Shown here piece by piece: positions 50,204 to 62,867 of a stretch of 64,000 nt of DNA. A model generated the notes under the pieces. The model was not told the DNA's origin and did not search any database. It saw only the letters and a list, made by a program, of their open reading frames with translations. Where the stretch lies: contig NW_024704743.1 in assembly GCF_018977255.1 (NCBI RefSeq), forward strand, positions 10,728,001 to 10,792,000, given 5' to 3'. Position 1 is the stretch's first letter; every line of letters starts with the position of its first letter. A program made the position numbers and the translations under genes. The stretch is from Callorhinchus milii. Lineage: Eukaryota.

Positions 50204-50433
50204 TAGCATGGAGTGCCTATATATTTTGTTGGTGAACGTGACAGGTGATTTGTTTAATGACTCATGCAACTCACTATGTCTCCGTGTCAGCTTTAACTGT
50301 GAGTTCAAAGTCCCAATGTGGACTTCCTTCTGACTCAAAGAGTGAGGTGCTACAAAGTGAGCCAGGCTGATGCACCTTCTTCCTCTGGTCAATAATCCCT
50401 ATTGTTTCTGTAGGACGATATCCTATGTGAAAG

Positions 50434-50468
<35 letters not shown>

Positions 50469-50772
50469 CGTTGCATTTGATATAGCGCTTTTCACGTCGG
50501 GAGGACGTCCCAAAGCGCTTCACAGAACACACTGTAAAGTGAATTGACTGTATATTTGTGGGCGAACGCGGCAGCCAATTGCGCACAGCAATGTCCGACA
50601 AACAGTCATAGATTGAAAATGACCAATTTATTATTGTTTTTGGTTTTGGAGGGATTATTATTAGGCTCTGTGTGGAGTAAGGAAACTTGCCCAAGGTTTC
50701 GCCCTGCCCGGAATTGAACTCAGGTCTCTCACTTGCAAAGCGAGTGCTCTAACCACTGAGCTACAGGACTCC
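50434..50772 (-). mobile_element. Family A SINE, short form, long (aat)n tail
   Basis: Full reversed head, Deu core and tail; shares ggctctgtgtggag with the copy at 59404. Confidence 0.92.
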
Positions 50773-53539
50773 AAAGGTGCTAAGTAAGTGTAAGTTGCTG
50801 ATGTTGTTGGCCTTATATATCAGACACTGATTGGGAAAATCATCACAACAACAACTTGCATTTATATAACGCCCTTCACGCCGGACCACTTCTCATTACA
50901 TTCAAAACAGTGCAAAAAATGTACCATTGATGTGAACTGTGAAAACTGGATGTGTCAGGAGGTACTTCCAATGAGAAACAGCACCAGTGACTTGAAGTTG
51001 CAAACCCCCTTTTCTTTTGATGAACATTTGTGCTCACTTAAATTTACTCTTACAGACCGCATGTTTGTTCATTTGGTAAAGTGTAGATACTGCACAAACT
51101 TCCTTCAAACACCTTTGTTCAGTTCAGCAGAGGCTCCAAGAAATTGGAGAAAAATCATTTGCTTTTGTAGTTGAGGCTTTGGTTACTGCGTTGAAAGCTC
51201 TTGATATTAAAGGATGATTTAATCCTGAAGCACCTCCAATTTGATAGTCAGAAAACCCACTTGCAAAAATAAGGCACAGTGACTGCTGAGTGTGAGTCAG
51301 TGTTTCCAGTCTAATCTCTCTTCTTATCCTGCAAGCACATGAACAAAATCAATTACTACCCAGATAAAAGTGAACGGATTTCTAAATCTCTTCAGCAGAT
51401 CAGTGTCATAATAATTACGGAAATGAGGTCTTTGTGAGAGTGCTTTCTTTCTCTTGTTCTCTGTGGCCTCTTCTGAAGAGCTCATTAACAAGATGGTACA
51501 TAGTTGTCTTCCTGTAATGATGCCAATGTTAATAATCTAAACGCCGTCATGAATGGATAATTACAAGGAGAGTTACAATATTTCTAACAAGCTCTTAATT
51601 GAATTATGAAATTGTCTGTATTATCTTTAAGGGGAGACACCCACTACTAACTACCTATTGAAGGATAATTCATTAGCATTGAAGGATTGGAGACATTGAG
51701 TACCGATCTGGTCCGAGCTCAAAGACTCTCATTTATCATTGCTACTTAAAGGCCGGTTTATGTAACTTTTAAAAATCAAACGCTGATTAAGAATTGTATG
51801 TTTCAAGGAATAATATCTACTTGATTTTTAAATTAATTACACAAACACACAATCAGCCTACATTTCTCCTCAAGGCCTGTAACAGGATTTTCTTCAGCCA
51901 TTGGGCAGGAAAATAATAATAGTACAATAATATTCATCTTTCTATTTTTCTTTTTTCATCTTTCTAACCAGCTGGCTTTACACAGAACTCTGGCTACACA
52001 CAGTTAACCCTGCATATATTCAGTGCCGTTATAACACACTTCTTTTTAACCTGAAATTGATTGTTATTTTTGAGATTATGAGATGGGGCAGGTTAGTATA
52101 ATAACAATGTCTCAAATTCTTCAATAACCAATTTTTGTACACAAAATAAACCTGAGCGTGTATCTAAAAAATACGCAGTCATTACACATGACAGTAAATT
52201 CTGTGAGGCACTTTGAGACATTGTGCTACCATGAAAGGCACGATATCAAATGCAAGAATTTTTATTTTTTATTTCTAGCTGAAATAAAATTGCATTTAAT
52301 CCATGGCTTCCTCAATGTCCACACTGATTTCAGTCAATATGATCATCATAATCCTTGATTTGATTTAGTGCCTCGTCACAAGAAATGTCTCAAAGCACTT
52401 TATAGGATGTACTGCAAAGCAATATGACTGTGTGTATTTTGTCTGTGAAAGTGACAATTCATGCACAGCAATATCCTACAAACAGTCATGGAGTGAGGAA
52501 ATCACAACTTTTCAAGTATATGTATATACTTTGAGGCATATCCTGTTTGACCGCTGCTTCACTCATCTTCCCACCCCACACCACCTTGGCCCCCACCCCC
52601 TTCTGAATCCAATAACCCAGCTCAGGTGCAAACCCTCAACCATCCAGCAACTGGGGATGTCCTTCTCGTGTGAAAGGCACTGTATACATGCAATTGGTTG
52701 TTGTTGAAAAGAACAGAAATTCAGTGTGTTGACATAAGGGTTTGAAGTTTACAGGAAATGTACATGAAATAATGATCTGCAGAAAATAGATTTGGAAAAG
52801 CTTTGGAGAACATCAGAATGAATAATCAGGATTGCCTTATTTGATGGAGGGATTAAAATGGAGCCTCATGTGTGGGATTCATAAATCCCAGCCAACATTA
52901 TAGTGAGACTCGATGGTCAGTTTCACCGCCTATACACTGTTTTGCTTCAGTTCCTGTTCGAAAAGAAAAATAATAGACAACTTTCAAATCATCTAGGCAT
53001 TGCCAATGTCCCTTTCTGTTTGCTGCGAATACGCAAAGAAAGAAGTGACAAGATAGTGGTCCTGTGACCTGGAACTCAACCTTCACTTAGCACGGAAAAG
53101 GAAATTCGCCAAGTTCAAGGTGAGCAGGAAGTGACATCAGTGGCAATGTATGTTGGCAATGTAGCCATTTTAGCAGCTGGCATGCGGGAAGTGAGCAGGA
53201 GCATCGAACAGGGTCCACAATGCAATTGCATAATAACCAATTTCATGTTAAAAAGAAGTGTGTTATAACAGCACTGAGTGTGTGTAGGATTAACTGGGTG
53301 TAGAGCTCTGTGTAAAGCCATGTGGTTAGAAAGGTGCATCCAGGAATAGTTAAGTCAAACCTGATATTTCCATAGAATTGTACCGAGATAAAGGATCGGA
53401 TTACAGTAAATAATTCTTGGAAGATAGATGCAGCTTATGATATAGCCATTCATTTTACCCCCATACATTCTTTGCTAACCATATAAACACAACCAGTGGA
53501 GAATTTTGTGACATTTATACCCCAGTTCTGGGGTGGATG

Positions 53540-53822
53540 GCTTGCATTGTCAGAGGCCTTCGATGAGATGTTAAGCCAAGGTTCCATTTGCTCGTCTAGT
53601 GGAGGTTAAAGATCCCATGGCATCATTCAAAAAGTGTTACTGCCCTGCCCAACAATCCCCAAATAAAATTGACCATTCATTTCATGGATGTTTGTAGGAC
53701 ATTACTGAGCTCAAATTGACTGCTGCATTCACCTACCAAATAAATAGTCACTACACATTACAGTAAATCTTTTGAAGTGCTTTGAGATATCCTATAAAAG
53801 TTGTGGTATCATTATTATTACT
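53540..53822 (+). mobile_element. Deu-domain SINE family B fragment
   Basis: gcattgtcagagg..gatgagatgttaagccaagg..aaagatcccatggca..Deu core. Confidence 0.75.
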
Positions 53823-53959
53823 AGGAATAATTTTCATTAAATATAGCATTTTTCACCCAATAATATGAAATGGGACTGATCAGTAATAATAATAATAATA
53901 AACATTTGTTATAGTCCACCGCAAGTACTCTCACCCACACTGAACTGCGTATCCCTGTC

Positions 53960-54317
53960 ATACTTCTCTTACTCGTCTACAAATCCATTCACACCCTGGC
54001 ACCTCCATATCTTTCTGACTCCACTACCGCTGCCTCTGCATGTCAGGCTCTGGCCTCCTGCTTGTCCCTCAACCCCTCCGATCTACCATCAGTGGCCGCA
54101 CTTTCAGCCACTGTTCCCTGAAGCTTTGGAACTCTCCCTCAATCCCTTCACCTCACACCCTCCTTTCCCTTTTTTAAATCACAACTGAAGGCTTCCTCTT
54201 CAACCATGCTTACAGTCACCTCCTCCCACCTTCCGGCTCACCATCAGACTCCGCTCCGTTAAGTGCACCGAGACGGTGCCCCTTATGAAGGACACTATAT
54301 AAATGCAAGTTGTTGTT
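53960..54317 (+). mobile_element. L2 LINE 3' fragment (old)
   Basis: tacaaatccattcac (YKSIH), ctttggaactctc (LWNS), tail ctatataaatgcaagttgttg. Confidence 0.8.
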
Positions 54318-54941
54318 CCTTTTATGTCTGAAGGACAGCTCAAACTTGTGACATCTTGTGACTGAAAGTTTTACTGTTCCAATCAAGAGTTTTGTTTTTA
54401 TTTTCAGAGATCATTCAGTTAAATCTTTGTACTGTATGTTTGCTATACACAGGAAAATTATTGAGTTATTCTTGAGCTGTTGGAATCCTGGTTATTTATT
54501 CTCCGACAGCTTTTACACTTACACTATCTTTTTTCATCTTTCACAGTTGAGTCCCTCTGCTTTACACAAAACAGCAGGTTTTATAGATATAGGCATATTC
54601 TGTGGAAATTCGTGGGGCGAGAGATAAAATTCAGCAATCACAAGGGCTGAGTTGCAAAGTTTTGGCTTAATCAAGAGTCTGTTCCACAATAACATATGTT
54701 GCAATTTATTCGTCAATTACTTTTACATTTGATACAGCTGATATAGCTGCTTATCACATCTGAAAACGCTTCACAGGAGTTTGCTGTGAATTGCAGTGTG
54801 TAGACGAATGCAGCACCAATTTACACCCAGTAATGTCCCACAAACAACCATGAAGTGAGTGACCAGTTTTATTTGAGGGAATTGTTAGTCAGAACGGGAG
54901 GAGAAACAATCTCCTTTTTTTAAATAGTATCATTTAAATAG

Positions 54942-56122
54942 TGCTTCTCCTTTCACCTCAACCTTCACCTCAACCTCTGTCCTTGACTGGTTCAGATTGT
55001 ATCTCTCACACCGTCTTCACTTCATCCCCACAAATGGCTTCTCTAGTCCCCGCACCATCTCGTGTGGCGTTCCCCAGGGCTCTGTCCTTGGTCCCCTCCT
55101 CTTCAATATTTATATGCTCCCCCTTGGTGACATCATCTGCAGACATGGGGTCAACTTCCACATGTATGCGGATGACACCCAACTGTACCTTTCTGCTTCC
55201 ACCCTTGACTCCAGGACCACTGCTGTGCTGATAGAATGTCTGTCGGACATTAAGTCCTGGATGAGAACTAATTTTCTTCAGTTGAACGTCAACAAGACCG
55301 AGGCTCTCCTGATTGGCTCCCGTCAGCGCCTCTTCACCTCAGGTGCTGACAGCATCACCATCCATGGTTGGCACACTCCACCTCACTAAGCCAGTCCGCA
55401 ACCTTGGCATCTTGTTTGATCCTCAACTATCCATTCTACCCCACATCTGCGCCATGACCCACTCTGCCTTCCCCCACCACCGCAACATCATCCGGCTCCG
55501 CCACTGTCTCACACCACAGGCCGCCGAAACCCTCATACATGCTTTTATTACATTGAGGCTTGAATATGCAAACTCATTGCTTGTCGGTCTCCCCAACTCC
55601 TCCCTCCATAGGCTGTAGATCATCCAAAACTCTGCATCCCGCGTCCTCTCCTGCACTAGGCTCTGCGACCCTATCGCCCCCATCCTCGCCTGACTCCACT
55701 GGCTTCACAGCACACAGAGATCCTTCACCTTCAAAGCCCTTCATGGTCTTGCTCCCCGCTACCTCTGGGACTTCCTAACACCCTATCATCCTGCTCGCTC
55801 CCTCCGCTCAGCGGGCTCCGGCCTGTTGCATGTCCCCCGCCTCGCTCAACCCACTATTGGCATGCGGGCCTTCTGCCACTCTGCCCCCACCTTCTGGAAC
55901 TCCATCCCGCAGTCCCTCCACCTCAACCCCTCCCTTGCCACCTTCAAGACCCATCTCAAGGCCCTCTTCTTCAACTGTGCTTTCGATCTCCCCACTTCCC
56001 CATCTACTCTCCACCCTCCCCGACCCTGACCCCCAGCTCGGGTCTGAAACTGTCTGTTCAGCCTCTTGGGATGTCCTCCCAACCTGAAAGGCACTATATA
56101 AATGTAATTTTGTTGTTGTTGT
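54942..56122 (+). mobile_element. L2 LINE, 5'-truncated, older subfamily, frameshifted
   Basis: [36 protein letters not shown]; (ttg)n tail. Confidence 0.95.
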
Positions 56123-56310
56123 CATGGGATTTTTTACGTCCATCTGAACAGACAGACAAAATCTCTGTTTAATGTCTCATCCAATGGACACCACCTCTGA
56201 CAATGCATTGTTCCCACAGCTTGGACTGTGAATTCAAAATCCCAATGAGCAGCTTGAAGCCACAACCATCTGAATCAGAGGAGAGTGCTACCAACTAAGC
56301 CAGGCTGACA
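56122..56310 (-). mobile_element. Deu-domain SINE family B, 5' half
   Basis: Reverse of gtcagcctggcttagttggtagcactctc..ctgattcag..ggatgagacattaaac..ggacgtaaaaaatcccatg. Confidence 0.8.
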
Positions 56311-57728
56311 ATTCAAATTAAATCTTTGTGTCTAATTTCTAATGGAATGAAAAATCTAAAGAGGTCACGCTCAATGGTTTATGTTTCATTAAATGCAGTG
56401 ACTCTGATTTGAATGCATATTCCATTGATGCTTATTCTGCTAATTCCGTGTTTAATTTGGTTTCCTTTCATGATTCAGCATGTCATTCTTAACTGCAGGG
56501 TTTCTCACTTTGCATATGAAAGGTAATCTGTTCACCGAAAGCTCCAGCCTATTCATATTTAAAAAGAGGAATGCATATGTACTAAATATAGACAATGACA
56601 GTGTTGCAAGTGAAGTACTTACATTAGAAGCTAATGGCTGCTCTGCAATGTGGAGTCTAAGGTTATTAAATGCATAATCCATTTCTCCATTAACAAGCTA
56701 CAGTGGTGTACTACCTTTATTGTTATCATCTACTGATGGCAGCACTTGGCAAATGGAGCTTACTTCAAGCAACTGAGATTTGTTGTTCCTGTTTGTTGGC
56801 AATACAAATGGTTTTGACTTGGTTTAATTGTATGATGTATCAGTCTGAAGACTTACAACTTTGACTGCTTTTTCGATCATCTTTCCCACCATGGGTGCCA
56901 TTCCAGTACATTAAGTGCTTTGGAACATCCTCCCAACATGAAAGGCATTGTATAAATGTAAAATTATATTGTGTTATATCCCTTTATTAGAAATATTGTT
57001 CAGGTTCACCCCCACAACACTCCTCAATGATTCATTCCTCAGGTTCATTCACGATTCAGGTTCTTTATTGTTTATATAGGTGGATAGATTTCTAATATTT
57101 TAAAATTTCTACTTTTTGACTTTTATTGAAGAATCTTGCACAAAGGCTGGCTTGAGATTTATTGCCACAATAACTCTTACCATGCCAAACAAAACAAGAT
57201 GACATTTTAGCATTACTGAAAGCGAGTGTGTGAGGCGTGATAGCTCATCAGTAAATGACTTTGCATCCTCAGACACATGTATACAAACAATTCTTTGTCT
57301 GACTGCAAATTGGGGGGGTAAAGCAAATTAAACATGTTTAACACCTTGCAGTAACATTTTTTGTTTGATCAACTAGGTGTCTGAAAAATGCATACGTCGT
57401 CATGCTTTAAGAGTCTGGACCTGCCCCCCTCTACCCCTGGCTTGGAATCAGGTTTCGCCACTGTTAAGCGCTCTGAGATGCTATCCTGTATCCTGCGTGG
57501 AGGGCTCTATATAAGTGCAAGTTGTTGTTGCATTCATATTGGAACAAAATGAAATAGTTTCTGTCTGTGAGTTTCAAAGTCACAATGCACAATAACAATT
57601 GACTTACACATGAATCATTTCAGCTTACGTTACTCGTATGTGCAGAGAAAGTTGCATGTAACTTTGAAGGAAATAGAGTGCAAATTACACTGCCATATTA
57701 CTTTTGGTGTCAGCTATTTCTCATATTG

Positions 57729-58106
57729 TGGAATCTTGTAGCTTAGTGGTTAGAGCATTCACCTCGCAAGCAAGAGGAGCCTGGTTTGATTCCCGGGCAA
57801 TGTAAAAAAGTTTCTTTACTCCACATGCCTCCATTTACCTAGCAGTAAGTAGGAATCTGCTTATAAGTCAATTAGCAGATCACTTTCTGGGGGTAATAAT
57901 TCCTTCAAAAAAGAAAAAATAATCCACTCAATCCACGACTGTTTGTGGAATACAAATGCTAACTGTTTGCGCTATTGGTTGCCACATTTTGCCCCCAAAA
58001 TACACAATCAATTCACGTTACAGTATATCCTCTGAAGCGCTTTGAGATGTCTCAATGATATGATGAGGAGCTTTATTAAATCCAAGGATCCAAGGATTAT
58101 TATTAT
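57729..58106 (+). mobile_element. Family A SINE, long form (diverged)
   Basis: gtagcttagtggttagagc, tttacctagcagtaagtaggaat, Deu core, tail. Confidence 0.8.
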
Positions 58107-59403
58107 ATAAATTCAAGTTGTTGTTGCTGTTGTCTCTGTGATAGCTTCTGAAACTAATCAGTACTTGACCGACAACCCTAAGAGTTCCATCAAAAAGAGC
58201 CTTTTTATTTGACTTACTGAAGCTTCTCAAAATGAGAACAAGTAGCAGAGTGCTTTAGGTTCTGTAATCATTGTGTCTCGATAGCAAGGCCAGAACAATT
58301 ATGTTGGGAATTTTATCTTATTTTAGAGTCTGTAACTTGCAATTTAGAAAGGCTTGTTCTTTTCATTTTGCTTTGTTGCAATCCCTGGGCTCGTAAACAT
58401 CACACCACCTGACTTGGGCATAAAGAAAGCTCAGACTTAGGCAAAAATAAGTCCCGTGTCTTCAGTGATGGTCCATTATTTATCATGTGATAAAAGGACG
58501 CAAAGGAAACAGCACAGTCTTTAATAGGAGTATGTTCCCATGTTCTTGCACTGATCCAAATAAATCCTTTTTGAAATGAATGCAGTTGTCAGAGAAACTG
58601 ATGGGATAAATTTGTTGTTCATTCTTCTTTTAAATTCCTGGCCGAATCGAACTTGCTCAACTATCAGTGTGAAAGTCTATTTGTGTTCCGTTGAAAGTGA
58701 CAAGCCTCACTATAGTTGTACGGTGCTTTTAAACCGTGCTCAAGTAAACTGTCTACACATAATTGCTGGCTGTAACGTTTCATAAAGCTTTCCTTGTGAT
58801 TAGTTTATCCCAAGCAATGCATTGTGAAATGGCTCAAGTCTCATCCCAGTATTTCAGATTGTTTTTGACACTGAGAAACAAACCTAGTTGAAGCTTCATG
58901 GGCCAACGCACAGGACAGCACTGAGGTTGAAAAGGAGTAGGAGGGTGGGCAGGAGGGAAACAACATCAATCAAGGAGTGGTTAAGTGTTGGTAAGGTTTT
59001 TGTTTTCAAAGCCTGGAGACTGTAGGAGAGAGGGTAACCTGAGGGATGTAAGGAGTTTCACAGCATTGAAATATCCTGGGAAAGAATGAGAAGGAAACAG
59101 CACATAAAGTCTTAAATACAATGTGCTGAGGATGCAAGGAAGAGGAAACATATGTAGGATTACTTATTTAATTAATTTAGGATTACTTAGCATAATATAG
59201 AGATGTGCAAGACTGGAAAAGATCATTGAAAATAGCAATAATAATTCTTGCATTTGCTATAATGACATATCATTAAACAAATTCTTTCAAAGCATTTAAG
59301 GTTTTACCTTAAAGTATAGTGATTGTATATATGCAGGCGAACACAGCAGAAAATTTTCACAACACAATGTTGCCAAACCAGCTACAAAGTGAACAATCAA
59401 TTT

Positions 59404-59771
59404 TAATAATAATAATAATAATAATATTCCTTGTATTTTTGATATAGCACTTTTCACGTCAGGAGGACGTCCCAAAGCGCTTCACAGAATATACTGTAAA
59501 GTGAATTGACTGTATATTTGTAGGCGAACGCGGCAGCCAATTGCGCACAGCAATGTCCCACAAACAGTCGTAGATTGAAAATGACCAATTTATTATTGTT
59601 TTGGGTTTTGGAGGGATTATTATTAGGCTCTGTGTGGAGTAAGGAAACTTGCCCAAGGTTTCGCCCTGTGCCTGGAATAGAACCCAGGTGTCTCACTTGC
59701 AAAGCGAGTGCTCTAACCACTGAGCTACAGGACTCCACTGAGCTACAGGACTCCACTGAGCTACAGGACTC
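59404..59771 (-). mobile_element. Family A SINE, short form, with triplicated 5' end
   Basis: ccactgagctacaggact three times at 59717-59770. Confidence 0.92.
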
Positions 59772-59910
59772 TGGGAGATTGTTGGCAAGGACACGGGAGA
59801 ACCTCACTTGTCTTCCAGACCAAGGAGAAAAAATCAAGCACAGGAGAGCGAAGGTGAACAGACAGTCTTTATTTATGTTATACAAGGAGTGGAGAATACT
59901 AGGTCTGCAA

Positions 59911-61125
59911 TACAACAACAACAACAACAACAAGATTCCATTTATAGAGCACCTTTCATATCAGGAGGACGTCCCATAGGCGCTGTACAGTTGGGTCAGG
60001 ACCCGAGCATTGGGGGGAAATGATCAGGGTGAGGGGAGGGAAGGGAGGAAGCGAGGAGGGGGTAGAGAGTCGAGAGGGGAGCTGAAGGCACGGTCAAAGA
60101 GAAAGCTCTTGAGACCGGCCTTGAAGAAGGATAGGGAGGAAGCAAGGCGAAGGCACTGGGGGATAGAGTTCCAGAGTCTCAGGGCTGAGAGGCTGAAGGC
60201 CCGGCCACCGATGGTAGGGCGGTTGGAGCGGGGGATGTGGAGCAGACTGGAGCCAGAGGAATGGAGGGTACGAGCAGGTAGGTAGGGGGATAATAGGTCG
60301 GAGAGGTTGGAATGGCCTTGCAGGCGAGGATGAGGATCTTGAATTCGATCTTCTGGGGGATGGGGAGCCAGTGGAGGTGAGCGAGGGTGGGAGTGATATG
60401 GTCGCGAAGCCTGGTGCGGGACAGTACACGAGCTGCAGAGTTCTGAATGACCTGCAGCTTGTGGAGGGAGGTGCCGGGAAGGCCGGCGAGGAGAGAGTTC
60501 CCATAGTCCAGCCTTGATGCGATAAAGGCGTGGACCAGAGTTTCAGCAGCGTGAGGGGTGAGGTAGTGCCGTAGTCTGGCGATGTTCTGGAGGTAATGGA
60601 AGGCAGTGCCAGTTATGGCATGCATATGAGGGAGAAAGGACAACTCAGGGTCGAACAGGACGCCGAGGTTCCTGACTGGCTTTGAGAGGTGGAGAGTGCA
60701 GCCTTGGATGCTGATGCTGTCAGCGCCAGAGGTGCGGAGGCGCTGACGCGAGCCAATCAGGAGGGCCTCAGTTTTACGCACGTTGAGCTGAAGAAAATTG
60801 TCTCTCGTCCAGGACCCGATGCCTGACAGGCAGGCTGTCAGGTCATCGGTGGTCGTGGAGTTGAGGGTAGAGGAGGAAAGGTAGAGTTCGGTGTCATCCA
60901 CATACATGTGGAAGTTAACCCCATGTCTGCGGATGATGTCACCACAGGGGGAGCATATAGAGGGTGAAGAGGAGGGGACCGAGCACAGAGCCCTGAGGGA
61001 TACCGCACGAGACAGTGCGGGGGCTGGAGGAAAAGCCGTTCGTGGAAACAAAGTGAAGACGGTGGGAGAGGTACGACCTAAACCACTCAAGGACAGGGCC
61101 TTGAAGGTTGAGGTGGGAGGACAAG
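59911..61125 (-). mobile_element. L2 LINE, 5'-truncated (left arm of head-to-head pair)
   Basis: [22 protein letters not shown]; frameshifts; (caa)n at the left end. Confidence 0.97.
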
Positions 61126-62867
61126 GACTCCTATCCATCCTCCCCTACACACTTTCATACCCGTTTCCCCACCGTCTGTCACCAAACTCATCCTATCCCT
61201 GAAACCCACCACTTGCTCCCTTGACCCCATCCCCACTCCACTCCTTATCTCCCAGCTCCACCTCCTTGCCCCACATATCACAGACATCATCAACCTGTCC
61301 CTCTCCTCTGGCTCTGTTCCCATTCCCTTAAAAACTGCCACCATCATTCCCACCTTGAAAAAACTCTCCCTTGATGTGTTGCAACTATCAAGCTACCGGC
61401 CCATCTCCAACCTCCCCTTCCTGTCCAAGGTACTTGAACGAGTTGACGCCTCCCAGCAGCACTCTTTCCTCTCCACCCATTCATTATTCGAACCCCTTCA
61501 GTCGGTTTCCGTGCTGCCCATAGCACAGAAACTGCCCTGGTCAAGGTCACCAATGACATCCTGACCATCTGCGACCAGGGCTCCCTCTGCCTCCTCGTCC
61601 TGCTCGACTTATCGGCAGCATTTGATGCGGTCGACCACGCTATCCTCATCCACCGCTTGTCCTCCCGCCTCAACCTTCAAGGTCCTGTCCTTTAGTGGTT
61701 TATATCATACCTCTCCCACTGTCTTCACTTTGTTTCCACGAATGGCTTTTCCTCCAGCCCACGCACTGTCTCGTGCAGTGTCCCTCAGGGCTCTGTCCTC
61801 GGTCCCTTCTCTTCACCCTCTATATGCTCCCCCTCGGTGACATCATCCGCAGACATCGGGTTAACTTCCACATGTATGTGGATGACACCCAACTCTACCT
61901 TTCCTCCTCTACCCTCAACTCCACGACCACCGATGTCCTGACAGCCTTCCTGTCTGACATTGAGTCCTGGACGAGAGACAACTTTCTTCAGCTCAACATG
62001 CGTAAAACTGAGGCCCTCCTGATTGGCTCTCCTCAGCACCTCAGCACCTCAGGCGCTGACAGCATCAGCATCCAAGGCTGCACTCTCCACCTCTCAAAGC
62101 CAGTCAGGAACCTCGGGGTTCTGTTTGACCCTGAGCTGTCCTTTCTCCCTCATATCCGCGCCACAACTGGCACCACCTTCCATCACCTCCGGAATATCGC
62201 CAGACTACGGCACTACCTCACCCCTCACGCTGCTGAAACACTGGTCCAGGCCTTTACCACCACAAGGCTGGACTATGGGAACTCTCTCCTCGCCGTCCTT
62301 CCCGGCACCTCCCTCCACAAGCTGCAGGTCATTCAGAACTCTGCAGCTCATGTACTGTCCCGCACCAGGCTTCGCGACCACATCACTCCCACCCTCGCTC
62401 GCCTCCACTGGCTCCCCATCCCCCAGAGGATCGAATTCAAGATCCTCACCCTCACCTACAAGGTCATTCACGGCCTTGCTCCCTCCTATCTCTCTAACCT
62501 ATTATCCCCCTACCTACCTGCCCGTACCCTCCGTTCCTCTGGCTCCGGTCTGCTCCACATCCCCCGCCCCAACCGCCCTACCATTGAGGGCCAGGCCTTC
62601 AGCCTCTCAGCCCCTATGCTCTGGAACTCTATCCCCCAGTGCCTCCTCTCTTTCCTCCTTCAAGGCCGGTCTCAAGACCTTTCTCTTTGACCGAGCCTTC
62701 ACCTCCCCTCTCGACTCTCTACCCCCTCCTCGCTCCCTCCCTTCCCTCCCCTCACCCTGACCATTTCCCCCCTGCTCGGGTCCTGATTCAACCGTACAGT
62801 GCCTTGGGACGTCTTCCCGACATGAAAGGCGCTCTATAAATGGAATCTTGTTGTTGTTATTGTTGTA
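61126..62867 (+). mobile_element. L2 LINE, 5'-truncated (right arm of head-to-head pair)
   Basis: [33 protein letters not shown]; frameshifts and a stop; (ttg)n tail. Confidence 0.97.

Noticed and set aside
59454..59979. ORFs with ESCSSV/TELQDS repeats; CRISPR-like appearance
   Set aside because: Three tandem units with no spacers inside a SINE head; vertebrate context with no cas genes.
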